Source: Octopus sinensis (lineage: Eukaryota). Taken from it: 64,000 nucleotides of DNA. The translations under genes and the position numbers were made by a program. Shown one piece after another: positions 25,591 through 40,098 of the stretch (positions are counted from its first letter, which is position 1; each line of letters opens with the position of its first letter). Location of the stretch: the NCBI RefSeq assembly GCF_006345805.1, contig NC_043006.1:58218001-58282000 (forward strand), written 5' to 3'. The notes under the pieces are model-generated. The model saw only the letters and a list, made by a program, of their open reading frames with translations. It was not told the origin of the DNA and did no database searches.

Positions 25591-28500
25591 ATATGTATGT
25601 GTGCATGTCTGTGTTTATCCTCACAACATCGCTTGACAACCAATGCTGGTGTGGTTACATCCCCGTAACTTAGCAGTTCAGCAAAAGAGACCGACAGAAT
25701 AAGTACTAGGCTTACAAAAGAATAAGTCCTGGGGTCAATTTGCTTGACCAAAGGCAGTGCTCCAGCATGGCTGCAGTCAAATGACTGAAACAAGTAAAAG
25801 AGTACAGAGTAAGAGTAATGAAATAAAAGAAATGGTAACCTACTTGATCTAGTTTGCTGTTGCCAATCTCATCAAAAGAATTGAGGGGGTTGAAGGAAGG
25901 CGGCGGTACAGGTGAGAAATTAATCGTAAAATTTGTAGATAAACTAATATTTGTCCGAGGCAGACTAGTCTGGATATTGAGCTGATTCTCAAGCCAATCA
26001 ACATTGTGTACAACCAACCAATAAACATCGGCTAGACAATTCATACCTGTGGGAATAAAAAACAAAAGAAAGGCTTTAGAAGGAAATTACAAATATTGTC
26101 GATATCCTTTCATACCTTCACAAACCTACCCACCAAGCCAATCACGATTCCCTGTCCCTATTCTCTCTATTTCTATCTTCTTGTACCTTAAGGGTGTGCC
26201 CTGATACCTCATCTTCACCACCTTTTCTCACTTTGCAGCTGGAAGAAAGAAAACAGAAGTGATCAAGGTCAAACCTTGCTTACATAACTCCAAATGTATC
26301 ACCTTTTAGCATGCAAGCGCTGAAAGCAGTGCAGCCAACTTAAAGAAAATCTTGGTGGAAGTGCAGATAACTTTTCACTTTCCCTAGTATCTTTGACCAT
26401 TTTAATCACTTATATAAGCATACAACTAAAAATGTACAGAGATGGGAAATGACATTTTTTTTTATTCCTGCTCTCCCATTCATCATATGACCAACAACAG
26501 CATGAACAGTGGAGGTTTCAGTAAAGGAATTAGCTATAGAACTATACAGACAATGGAAGAAGAGAGAGAATGGAGTAAGACATTAAAAAAAGATTATTTC
26601 ATAGTGAGCTAAAATTATCCATTTAGTTAAAAAGAAATTTAAAAACCACATTTTGATGAAAATATAAAAATGGAATTTTGAAGAATTCTGTGGACAATGT
26701 ATCATCACTATCATCATCATCATTTAACATCTATTTTCCATGCAGGTATAGATTGAATGGCTTGACAGGAAATGGCGTGGCCTGGGGACCACTCCAGGTT
26801 CCATGGTTTGGTTTATAGCTGGATGCCCTTCTTAATGCCAACCATTTTACAAAGTGTACTGGGTGCTTTTTATGTGGCACCATCACCAGTACATCACACC
26901 TGCACCAGTGCATTTTACATGGATCCAGCACCCACACCAATGCTTTTTACATGGCACCTTGGTTTTAAGATCTCAATTCTGTTATGGTCAGCAGGTCTTC
27001 TTGGGTAAAGCAGTGCACCACGTATCTTGTTCCCCTGTCATCTCCTTCATAAAGCTCAGCATTTTGAGATGGAAAAAAATCACATAAATTTAACTAACTA
27101 ATAAGCAGCATTCTCCATTTGGGTATAGATGTCATATTTCCTGATATTGCCATGGTATAGTTCTGAAGTTACCAGTCTGAAGACAGATAACACTCTTGTA
27201 TGTGTATAATATAATATATATATTAAAGGATTCTCATTTCCTCTTTCTTTCTGCGTCTCTCACACATATACATTCAAATCACTACCTGTAGGACACCCAA
27301 AAAGTTCATTAGCAGCAGCTTGGTAATATTCTTCAGCAAAATCTGATATTGTATTTTCTGGCATATGACGTGGAGTAGAATAACTGGAGCTGTGGAAAAG
27401 TAAACAAGATATGGCATCTCAGTATAGACTATATTTTAACTGATATAACAACCACAAAAAAACATCATCACAAACAGCAACATTATAATCATCAACATCA
27501 ACACAATACACAGTGACTGTGATAGAAAGAAAACTGAGAACCAGTTGAATCACTAGATTATGTTTCCTGTAGGTTCTTTTTATTTGTATTGACCACTTGA
27601 CTTCACCATTGCTACTGACCTTAACACCTCTATTTATCTCCTCACCACTTCTGACCTCTGTTGATCTCTTGATCCCCAATTCTGCTACTGACCTTAACAC
27701 CTCTATTTAACTTTCCCTGCCACTTCTGACCTCTGTCGATCTCTTGACCCCAACACTTACCATCAAACCCTGAGGTATATCTACATATGGAACAAAAATA
27801 AAAAAAACTTCCCACCTACTTCATAGAGAAAACTATTGCTCCATGGTTGCACAACCTGCTAGAAACAGAAACTAAATCCTCTTTTAATTACATCTTGCTT
27901 TCTAGAGAAGGTCATACTGGATAATATAGTCCTTGATGGAAAAGAAGAAAACAGTTGGAATCACTTCAGTCACAAATCTACTCATTCAGAGCTGATCTGC
28001 TGCTAAACAACAAAGAAAGGTGAGAGTCACAAGTGGAAGGTCTTTGAGCATAAGTCTGCTTTATTAGAGCTGAACTCTCTAAGGCTAAACAACAACATAA
28101 ATCTCTGAAAAAAAACATCATCATTATCACCAACACTATCGTAATCATTTAAAATCTGTCTTCTATGCCTCCATGGGCCGGATGGTTGACAGGATCTGAT
28201 GGATCCATGGACTGCATTGAACTCCACTAACTACTTTGGCATGGTTCCTAAGGCTAGATGCCAACCAGTGTACAGCATGTACTAGCTGATTTTTTTCATG
28301 CTACCAGTACTAATGAGGTTAATATGCAACTAGCAAGTCTATGAACATCAAGAGAGATTGCTTTATAGAGATGAAAGTTAAAAGGATGACAGAAGAAGGT
28401 CAGAGCAGAACAGGTTTCTTGCCACATGGATAGTCACATTCTAAAAGAGAGGACAGAGGGGATAACTGATCAATATGGAGCTGGAAAGAGATAAAAATAA

Positions 28501-29337
28501 TGAAGATGAAGAGTTTGTGTGGACCCTCAAGTTATGACAGGAGTGGAGGCGATTGAAGATGACAGAACAGTAAAAGATAAAATGTAAGATGGACTTACTC
28601 AGAGTTCAAGAATGTGACAATATGGTTGATATTTTCGTTGGTGAAATCATTATGTTGTGACTGTAATAAACTGTTCATTTCTATAGGACTCAGGTCCATA
28701 TCTAGGTAAATGGAAGAACAAGTAAGAATTTTATTACTGCCCTATTTGCCATGAGATAATTTTTTGTAAATGACAGGTCAAAAATTAAATCAATTTACAA
28801 TGTTGGTTATGGTGAAGATTACTTCCTGGGAATGATGAGTTAAAAACTAACAAAAACAAAAAAAAATTAAAATTAAAATACAAAACAGAGTCCAGGGTGG
28901 GATGCTGGTGATCACCTGCATTAGCAAAACTTGTATGCTGTAAGAATAGAATACTTTTCCCTACAGTATACAAAATTTATGCAAATTTATTAATGTCACT
29001 GAGTTGCACTATGATACTTTGCATAATTTATTCCCAAAGAATGCTGGGTAACTCTAGCATATTTCACAATCACCATCATCATCGTCATTTTTTAATGTCT
29101 ACATTCCATACTTTCATGGGTAAGATGGAATTCATTAAGTCAGATTTCATTTTTTTTAAACTGGATGTCCTTCCAGTCACCAATACTCACTTGTTTCTGT
29201 GCAAAGTAATATTTCCCCTTGGTTAGACATGGTTTTCATGGAACAATGGAAACAACGACACTGCTTGTATGATGGCGACACTTGTTTATAATTATCATAT
29301 GATATCAAAACAAAGAGAGACACATACATAACCCACA

Positions 29338-29378
<41 letters not shown>

Positions 29379-31047
29379 AGACAAGCTTCTTTATTTTCGA
29401 TCAACCAAATCCACCCACAGGGTATTGATAGTAGAAAACACTTGCTAAGGTATCATGCAATAGGATTGAACCTAAAACCATATGAGACTGGGGAAGTGAT
29501 CTTAACCATACAGCTAAGTTTGTGCCAGAGAAACCTAACACTGATTTCACTAGTGGGACCTGTAGATATTTCATGGAATTAATGGTAAACTTATTGGGTT
29601 TTTCTGAAAACCTTATTCAAAACACCTAAAAGCATAGCCTGTATTGTGTCCATATCAAAAGATAGCCACTCATCTGCTTCTCATTGAAAAATGAAAGAAA
29701 TTTGAATACAATGATTACTTAATGCACTTTATATACTTTATGCGTGGAGGCACAATGGCCCAGTGGTTAGGGCAGCAGACTTGCGGTCATAGGATCGCAG
29801 TTTCGATTCCCAGACCAGGTGTTGTGAGTGTTTATTGAGCGAAAACACCTAAAGCTCCACGAGGCTCCGGCAGGGGATGGTGGTGATCCCTGCTGTACTC
29901 TTTCGCCACAACTTTCTCTCATTCTTTCTTCTATTGGCCTGCTCGCTTAGCCAGCGGGGTGGCATCATTTGAAGGCTAAAACAATGCGAAACGCATTGTG
30001 ACCAGCGATGTGTAGCAACATCTGATGGCTGGTTGGTCACAGTGATCATGGTGATATACTTTATGCACAATTTTACAAACTTAATACACAGCATCTCCCT
30101 CTTTCTCTCTCACACTTCACCTTACCCTTTTTTCTCTCCTTTTCTTTCTCACCCTTTGCCTTTCTCTTCAACTAACTATGTGAAAGTGTTATAGACAGGC
30201 TAAGCAAGAGGAAAAAAATTTAGTTCAAAAATAAAAAAGAAAAAATTACACAATTCACTCACCATCACTCCACCTCCCCCCTCCATCTCTGCATCCTAGC
30301 CTCTCTCCTCTTCCCATTTCTCCTCTTCTGCCTCTTCCCCTCCCGCCCCCTTCAATTATTCATGTGAAAGCCTTATGGATGGGCAAAGTAATGGAGGAAC
30401 AATCAAAATTATTATAAGATACTTAAAAAAAATACATTAAGGAAACAAGGTTGTGGGGTGTTAATGCCTTTCTCAAGAGCATTAGCATCATAAATGAAGT
30501 GAATTCGTTTCAACTAAAATAAACGCAAGTTTCTAGTTTCAGCTCATCAGTAATGTTAAGCCTGGCTCCATGGTATTCACTTCAGAATTTAATTAACCTT
30601 TTAACATTCAGATTAATTTATTAAACGTAATGCTTATTTATCCACAATTTTTAAAGTTAATCATGCTGTACCATCAGCTTCAAGATTTTGAAGATGTGAT
30701 TGTTTATTTTTAGAATGACATTGTAGGGTAAGTGCGAGAGGCTGGGTCTGTCCACTTTCAACATAAAAAAGGTGGAATATCTGGGCCAGACATAGCCAGT
30801 TTCAATACCAAAAGGTCTAATATATCATACTTGTGAATAGTGAATAGTGATGTGCAATAAATACTATTAGTGCACTGACTTATCACAATCAATGATGTCA
30901 TACCACATGGTTCCGGGTTCAGTCCCACTGTGTGGCACCTTGTTCAAATGTCTTCTACTATAGCCTCGGGCCAACTAAAGCCTTGTGAGTGGATTTGGTA
31001 GACAGAAACTGAAAGAAGCCCGTCGTATATATATGTCTATATATGTG

Positions 31048-31085
<38 letters not shown>

Positions 31086-34000
31086 TGTATGTGTGTTTGT
31101 CCCCCCACCATCACTTGACAACCGATGCTGGTGTGTTTACATCCCCGTAACTTAGCAGTTCGGCAAGAAAGACCGATAGAATAAGTACTAGGCTTACAAA
31201 GAATAAGTTGTGGGGGCGATTTGCTCGACTAAAGGTGGTGCTCCAGCATGGCCACAGTCAAATGACTGAAACAAGTGAAAGAGTAAAAGAGTGCATTGAC
31301 TTATCACAATCAATGATGTCATACATTCAGTGCAATGAGTTCAATTGAGTTCACCAGGAATTGTTAAATTCTTTAATGAACTAAATAAAGTCAGTACAAC
31401 CTCAATTAATACCAGGATAGTAGATTTTTAAAAATTCTTTATTGCCCACAAGGGGCTAAACATAGAGGGGACAAATAAGGACAGACAAAGGGATTAAGTC
31501 GATTGCATCGACCCCAGTGCGTAACTGGTACTTAATTTATCGACCCCGAAAGGATGAAAGGCAAAGTCGACCTCGGCGGAATTTGAACTCAGAACATAAC
31601 GGCAGATGAAATACAGCTACGCATTTCGCCCGGCGTGCTAATGATTCTGCCAGCTTGCTGCCTTTTTAGGCAGGATAGTAGATTGTTTACAAGGAACTCA
31701 ATACCTGTACTATAACATGTAACATAGTCATATTGAAAATGATGCAGTGGCAGAGTTGTAAGAGATGTTTGTTTCAACTTGAAGTTCAAATCTCACCAAG
31801 GCCAACTTTGCCTTTCCTTTTGTTAGGTTCAATTAAAAAAACAAAACAAAAGTCTCTGATCCAGGATGATGGATTAGTAGAACTTGTTAAAGTATCAGGC
31901 AAAGTACCTTGTAGTATTTGTTCCAGCTCTTTACATTGACAACAATACCTATATCAACACTGTAATTTGAGCATCTTTATCCAACAGGTTCCACTGTTAC
32001 AGACGTGAGGCCAGGACTTCACTCTGTTGCTTAGTAAGTGTTAGATCACGAACTAGATCATTGAGTTCAGGTTGGGTGATGAGGTATGGTTTCTTGTCAG
32101 ATTCACCACGGATTTGGACCCATATAACTATAAAATTATTGCATGTACTTTTATAATTTTCACAGGTTAGGTTGAGAAATACCTTAGGAACACCCCATTG
32201 AAATTATATCAAAATCCATTTATAACTTTTAGAGTCGTCAGTTTTGGCCCAATCCTGTTTGCACTCAATTCCTACAGAACCATCAGTGTATTTAATGTAA
32301 GCAAAATGGTAATTTATGAGAAACTGGAAGATCACAGAAAGAAACAGATGTTGTATTCATGATCAACACACAAAATACTCCTAGAAAAGGTTATTTTCAT
32401 TTCCATTTTTTTTTCATTGTTATACAGTGTTACTGTCAATCTTATTGTCATTTCCAATTAGATTTGTTAATTAGCGTAAATTGATTACATTACCTGAATA
32501 AATAAGAATAGAGTAAACACCCTCAGCTAAAAGCGTGAGGATCTTTTTAGTCTCCGGACTAAAAGATGTTCCTGACATAATTTCAACAGCAGTACCAGAC
32601 CAAAGCTGCATCTTCAGACCTAATGCAATAATCTAAACCAAATAAAATAAAATTAAATTCAACTTTAAAAAAAATATATAAAAAAAGACAAAAGTAGTTA
32701 AAGACATATTTTTAGTGAAATTTTTTAAATATCAACTCAAAGAAAATATATGATTTTTTTTCTTTTCAAATATTGTGGTTATATTTTTTCTTCTTTTTTG
32801 TAGAATAAGCCTTAGAGCAAACAAGGTAACTTTTTAGAAGAAACAGGCCACATGAGACATGGGTCATTATTAGGCAGGCCACACTGCTAAAAAATTTGAG
32901 GTAGTTTTTTTTATTAGGTGTGCCATCCTGAAAGTCATGCAGGTCACAAGTTACCCATGGGTGCCATAGATAATGAGAAAGACTGACACTGTATATGTGT
33001 CACAATACAGAGGTCTACCATATCAACCTCAAGCCTACAAGCTCATGAGGCAGAGTTTATACAGAATTTTAAGTTGTTTACCATTCTGCCATATGATTAA
33101 CCCCCAAGTGCTTTTGGTAATCATTTACAACTAAATATATTGCAGCAATGTGACATGAAGTGCCCTGCTCAAGAGCACAATGAACTACCCTGTTCAAGAA
33201 CTGAACCCACAACATAGTCAATGTGAATCCAACACTCAAACCACTATACCATGAGCTATCATATACTTATAAAAAAGACAGACAGCTTGGAACCATTAGT
33301 AAAGTGTAAAGATTTAATAATATTGAGAGAATTTCCTGATGATTCAAAGCAAGACCTTTTTTTGGAGAAAAGGGAGAGAAGCTTTTATGTCCTTTCGCTA
33401 GCAAAATCTGGGGATAGTAAAGAATCAGATTATCTGTGAATGGGTAAGAGGGGATTAGTGAGTGAGAGAGAGAAAAGGAGAGAAATGAGTAGTCAGAGAG
33501 AGAAAGGGAGGATTAGTCAGAGAGGGGATTAGTTAGAGGGAGAAAAAAGGAGAGAAGAAAATAGTTAGAGAGAGGAAAGGAAAAAAAGGGAATAACTGGA
33601 AATGAGAGAGGAATGGTGCTGTAGGGTGGAAAGAGAAGAAATCAAAACTTAACCTGATTCAAATAAGAACGGTCTGAATCAGATTAACTTATACATGCAA
33701 CATAAATACTATTATAAAGCTGACTTTGGGATTATATGGTAGCAGAAGAAATTACCTGTAACCCTAAACAATCATGAGGTATCCGAGCACCTTTCTCTTT
33801 AACTGCATCTTGGAGAATCTTGAAGAGAGTACAAAAGGAAGTTGGTAGTGTGTAGATATGTTCTGAGAGTTGCTTGAGCACCTCCAAAACTGCATTGTTA
33901 ACTTGATCCTTTGCACAACCTGAAATGTTTAACAAATAAATATGTTACCCTGTGTCTTTTCTGCTCATTTTGGTTGACAAATTTGAACTCCACATTTACC

Positions 34001-36982
34001 AACCATGTCCATCTAAAGCAGCCTACCACTGTTTTCTCATCACACCTTTGTTTCATTTATCATCCCATCCAGGTGATGCCAGTCTATTGCAGGATTACTC
34101 ATTTTCGCCAGCTGGGTGGACTGGAACAACATGAAGTGAAGTATTTTGCTCAAGATCACAACATGCTGCCTGGTCCAGGAATCGAAACCACAATCTTACA
34201 ATCATGAGTCCAACACCCTAAGCACTAAGCCACATGCCTCCACTTTATAATTATATATGTGCGTATGGATGTATATTTATACTTATTTATTCATTTGCAT
34301 ACACTTGTGCATATACACAAATTCACATTCATGTTATAGGTACATAATATGTATGCATAAATATATAATATCATGTGTATGTGTGTGCATGTACATAAGT
34401 ATGTAGGTGTATATAGGTTCACATATGTGTGTGTGTATATGTGTACACATGTGCATGTGTGTGTGTATATATATATATATTTATATATATATATACACAC
34501 ATACACACACACGTGTGTATGTGTGAGCATATATGCATGTACATATTGTTTTACACATCACAACTGTGACAACCTTTATTTTATCCTGTCCATCTTAAAA
34601 TCAATATAGACACAGCTATATCAACTGCTTACAAACACACAGACATCTGTGTGTATTTATCAATAACATTATGTTTGTATGTATGTAATTGTATATGTAT
34701 ACACACACACACACACACATGTGCATGTATGTATGTAGACTTGTATGCACCCATATATTAGACGTTCATTATACTTTTGTTGTAGTTTTTCATCTTTTAT
34801 TTTCTTTATACTATTCACCTTATTTTGCCCTTGTTTGTCTAATGCTTATATTGATATTTGTATATCTGTGCATGTGGGTATATAGTGTCATCATCATCAT
34901 TTAATGCCTGTTTTCCATGCTGGCATGGGGTGGACAGTTTGACTGAGGTCTCAAGAGCCAACAGCTGCACCAGGTTCCAATCCATGATCCCTCCAAGTCA
35001 ATCAGGTCCATTGCCAGGGACATGGGAGTGTCTGAGTTTCTTATCAGGCAGGTAGTGCATTCGGTGTTCCTCATACAAGATGAGAAAGGGTCAATTTTTA
35101 TCTCAAGCCATCAAAGACCAGAGAAAAGAGACTGCAATATGAAGCTTTTGAACAAACTCAAGCATCCCCTCCAACCAAACATGCTTTGGTTTTTCTCAGA
35201 AGAGAAAAATTTCTGCCAGGATCAGATGGTGGACACACAGAACAACCACTGGCTTGCCATGTCTCCAAAACAAGTACGAAGAGTGATAAAAATCAACTTC
35301 ATAATGTTTGGAGTGATCACTAGTGATGGCAACATTATGCCTCCATTCATCTTCCTACACGGCCTCAGACTCAACACGGAGGCCTACATCAAGTGCCTGA
35401 AGGAGGTAGTGCTACCTACTCTGGGTGAAGAGGGTAGCTGCTGGAAGACTCTATATCTGGCAACAGGACTTTGCACCATGCCACACAAGCAAGAAAACCC
35501 AGTTATGGCAGTCAGACAATTTCTGCGACCACATCACCCCTAACATCTGGCCACCTAACTCCCCAGACTGCAAACCACTTCATTATTATGTATGGGACAC
35601 AGTTGAGCAAGAAACCAACAAAACTCCTTGTAACATCAAAGATGAACTGAAGGCAAGGATTATGGCAGCATTCACCAACTTAAACAAGGAGACTGTCCAG
35701 AAGAATTTCAGGAGATTCTGGAGTCATCCGAGGCCGTGGTTGAAGCCAATGGCAATTTTATTAAATAAATATATTCTTTAGTATTTCAAGATATTTTTGT
35801 GCAATTTTAGTAAATATGTCTGTTAAAATGAGATGCCAGTGTTATTTTAATTTTTGCATAAATTAGACGACAATTTACTCACTGCACCCTGTATGTATAA
35901 GTATGTATATATGTATATATGTGTGCATCTGTGCATGTATGGCCATATTTATATATATATTTGTATGTGTGTCTATATGCATATATTTACATACATTTAT
36001 GTCTGTTTATTCTTCCTTCTATGTTTCTATATTTTCACACATTTTTTTGCTTATGCCAATTTATTCAAGCTTGTGCCCAAGCATGGCTGCAGTTGAATGA
36101 CTAGAACAAGTAAAAGAATATATGTCTGTGTGAGTGTGTTTTCATGTACACACTGTATTTACATTCACCAGCACTCTCATTTACATTTGCATATGTATTA
36201 CTCTTTACTCTTTTACTTGTTTCAGTCATTTGACTGCAGCCATGCTGGAGCACCGCCTTTTTAATCGAGCAACTCAACCCCAGTACTTATTCTATCAGTC
36301 TCTTTTGCCGAACCGCTAAGTAATGGGGATGTAAACACACCAGCATCAGTTGTCAAGCAATGCTAGGGGGACAAACACAAACACACACACGCATATATAT
36401 ATATACACATATATACGACGGGCTTCTTCCAGTTTCCGTCTACCAAATCCGCTCACAAGGCTTTGGTCAGCCCGAGGCTATAGTAGAAGACACTTGCCCA
36501 AGGTGCCACACAGTGAGATTGAACCCGGAACCATGTGGTTGGTAAACAAGCTACTTACCACACATCCACACCTGTGCCTATGCAAACTTATCTTTTAAAT
36601 TTTCCTTATCTATTTATTTATTTATTGAACAGCATAGTGTGCAAACTATTTGAAAAGTATACATTACCCACGACATTGTAACTATTTTTATAATCTGTTC
36701 CAGAACAATCCAGCAAAATTCCAATATCACCAGTATATAATGTGTACTACCTTGATTTAAAACCGGCTTGATAACTGCCAATGCACAAAACTCTCAGCCC
36801 TTGAGTCACTTGGTAACTTCTGCCAATTATTAATAAAAAACATGTGTGTGTATGTGTGTGTGTGTCTGTGTGTCTGTGTATGTGTGTAGGTGCAGGCATG
36901 ACTGCATGGTAAGAAATTTGCTTACCAACCACATGGCTCCAGGTTCAGTCCCACTGCATGTCACCTTGGGCATATATACATG

Positions 36983-37023
<41 letters not shown>

Positions 37024-40000
37024 CTATGTTCGTACTCCCACCACTGTTTGACAACCAATATGGGACTGTTTACATTCCCAGTAACTTAGCAGTTTGGCAA
37101 AAGAGACAGAATAAGTAGCAGGCTTACCAAAAAAAAAAGTAATAAGTACTGGGGTTGATTAGCTCAACTAAAATTCTTCAAGGTGGTGTCCTAGCAATGT
37201 CACAGTCTTATTAGTGGAACAAATACCAGATAAAAAGATGTGTGTATGTGCCCTTATCTTGACATCATGTGATAACTGTAACAACCATTATCCTTATTCA
37301 AGTGAGGTTATTCATTTCCAGTCTGCCATGAAAACTTCATCTGGTCATGGGAGGAAATCTTACCATGCCTGGAAATTTAGGCTAGTGGCACATTCTATAT
37401 GTGGGACAATAAGAAAGGCACTGAATTAAAATATGTAAGTATGAAATGTTTGTTTCTTACCTTGCCGTCTTTTGGTTCGGAAAGCACCAATACTCTGTGG
37501 TACACATCCACAGGGGAGGTCAGAAATCACAGACATTACAGATTCAATTTCCCGACTACTGCTCGGATGATTCAACAATTTCTTCAGAACAGGTTTCAAA
37601 ACTCTACAACAGAAGAAAGAATTAAGTGGATTTAGAAATCTTCACATAATGAACAGTCTTTGAAGACTGTCATTCAAAACACAGAGGATGCCTCTGTGCA
37701 TCATATAACCAATAATCTATCTCACCAAATTGCAGCCTTTGTTTTTTTGTTTTTTATCCATTGTCAAAGCATCTCTGCCAACAACTTTGTCCAATTGTTT
37801 TCATCACACTTCTCAGCCTTAATAATTCTCTAAGTAATACTCTCAACAAGAAAACTGTTACATTTGTTGTCCGTTTTGTATTTAACTCAGCACTGCAAAC
37901 ACTAAGTAAATCTTTTTCTCAGAACTAACCCTCTCCTCTCCACCTGTGTCATCATCATATTTACACAAAATGCGCAAGCATCTAGGATGACTTTAACCAA
38001 CAGGGCCACAGGACCTGGTCGTGTCCTTCCCATTACCAAACAATGCATCCTCACTACTAGCCCCTTTCCTCACCTAACTCTTCAATCCATCTTTTGATCT
38101 TTGGAAACATGCTACTGTGTATCCCATTTCAAAGAAGGGTTGCACCTCTCTGAGCCTGCCAACCATGATTCTATAATTCACACCTCAACATCTCAAAATC
38201 AGCCATTAACCACAATCTTCTCCAATATTTTGAATTTTTTTCATATCTTAAAGACCACAACTTTCATAAAGCCAAATTTACTGCAGACCTTCTCCCCAAT
38301 GTCATACACCAGTATGAGTAATTGCTCTTGAGTAATTTGGTGAAAACAGTCTTGTTGTACTTGATCATAATCATTTGACTGTGTTTGGCATGTAAATCTT
38401 CAAATAAAACTGCCTACCTTAGCTTAAATAACACAAAGGCACAATACTACGTCATCCTTTAACGTCCATTTTCCATGCTGGCATGGGCTGGACAATTTGA
38501 CCAGAGCTGGAAAGCTGGAGAGTTGCAACAGGGTCCAGTCTGATTTGGCTTGGTTTCTATGGCTGGATGCCCTTCCTAATGCCAACTACCTTACAATGTG
38601 TGCTGGGTGGTGCTTTTTACATGGCACCAGCACAGGGCTTTTGCAGGCCAATCCTCTACATGAGGGCGAGCAGCATTAACACTTCTGCGGTGGAGGACGG
38701 GCCTTCTTGAATACAGCAAGGTACTAGATATCTCTTTTGTTTGTCAACTCCTCTGCAAGGTTCAGTCCAGAGGTCATCCTTCAGCACTCCATCTCATATC
38801 TTCCTCTTCCATGTGTTTTGCCCACTTTGAGAGAGTGGACCTTCTTTATGGAGCTGTAAACATCCTCCACATTTCATGACCAAACCAGCACACTGCATCT
38901 AATTCCTCTTATGCCTAACTTTTCTCTCATCAACAAAACAATATTGCACCCCACCTACCTAAATGTGATTTAACTAGATCTCACAAGAACCACTGACAAT
39001 CACCTCATGTGTACACACATCTTCAACATAACAAGGACTTAATCACAAAGACTAGACTTCCCCTGCAAAGCACTCAATAGCTAATAACACCATCATTATC
39101 ATCATTGTTTAACATCCACTTTCCATGTTGGCATGGGTTGGATAGTTTGACATGGTGCCCTTACACGGCAGCAGGACAGATGCTAAGTGGCACTGGCACC
39201 TATTTTACAAATGCTTGTTGGAACCCACAGTTTTGTCATTGTTAAGCTAGCATTTGGAATATAAACTAACATGAAATTTTGAAGGAAAGGCTTAATTTAG
39301 ATCACTTTAACCCATTTGTTACTATATTTCAATTGAAATATACTGCCTTTGTTCCAGTTAATGTTTAAAATAATGAACAACTTAGTAAAATAACCTTCCC
39401 ATTATTAAGCTGGTGTTTGGACTGTAAGTTAATACGAGGGTCTTAATTTAGATCACTTTAAAATACAATGTCTATATCATACATAGAACCAGGGACAGTC
39501 TACAGCAGATTGGTATCAAAAGAGCTAACAAAAGCCAATAAGTGAGCCTCTACTTTATGACTAGACTTGCTAGAAACAGCAACCAAATCAACCCCAATCA
39601 CAGCTAGCTGTCTTAGAAATAGACACATTGAATATTATAGTCAGAAAAACAAAATGAATAATTATGGCTGAAGTTACTTTCAGCACAATGCATGCTCATT
39701 CAGGTCTGTCTTGGGGCTAAACAACAACAACAGCTGCATGCTAAAACTTCTATTTCTGCATATATGAGAGAAAAAATCTCTACTTGTAGAGATAGCGGCA
39801 AAGAAAATAGGCAACATAGTTTCACGAAGACTATTAATAAGAACATACCGATTTAAATGACATTCTCTAAAATACATATATATATATTTAAATTCTCAAA
39901 GACACTCAAGAGATGTTAAATGAATAAAAAACAATAAGACAAACACAAAAATTGTCATATGCTTAAGATGTTCGAAAGTACAAACTTACCTCAATATGAA

Positions 40001-40060
40001 AGGCTTAAGCAGGAAGATTATAGTGTCCAACCAAACAGGAATCTACACAAAAGAAGAAGA

Positions 40061-40098
<38 letters not shown>

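Noticed and set aside
29745-29820. tRNA genes at SINE heads
   Set aside because: The A/B-box-like heads run directly into SINE bodies, and I could not fold complete cloverleaves.
39680-39877. Minus-strand ORF as an extra KIAA0825 exon
   Set aside because: Exons 39990-40042 and 37461-37603 already join in phase and read continuously (KPFILRVLKPV), and there is no convincing donor.
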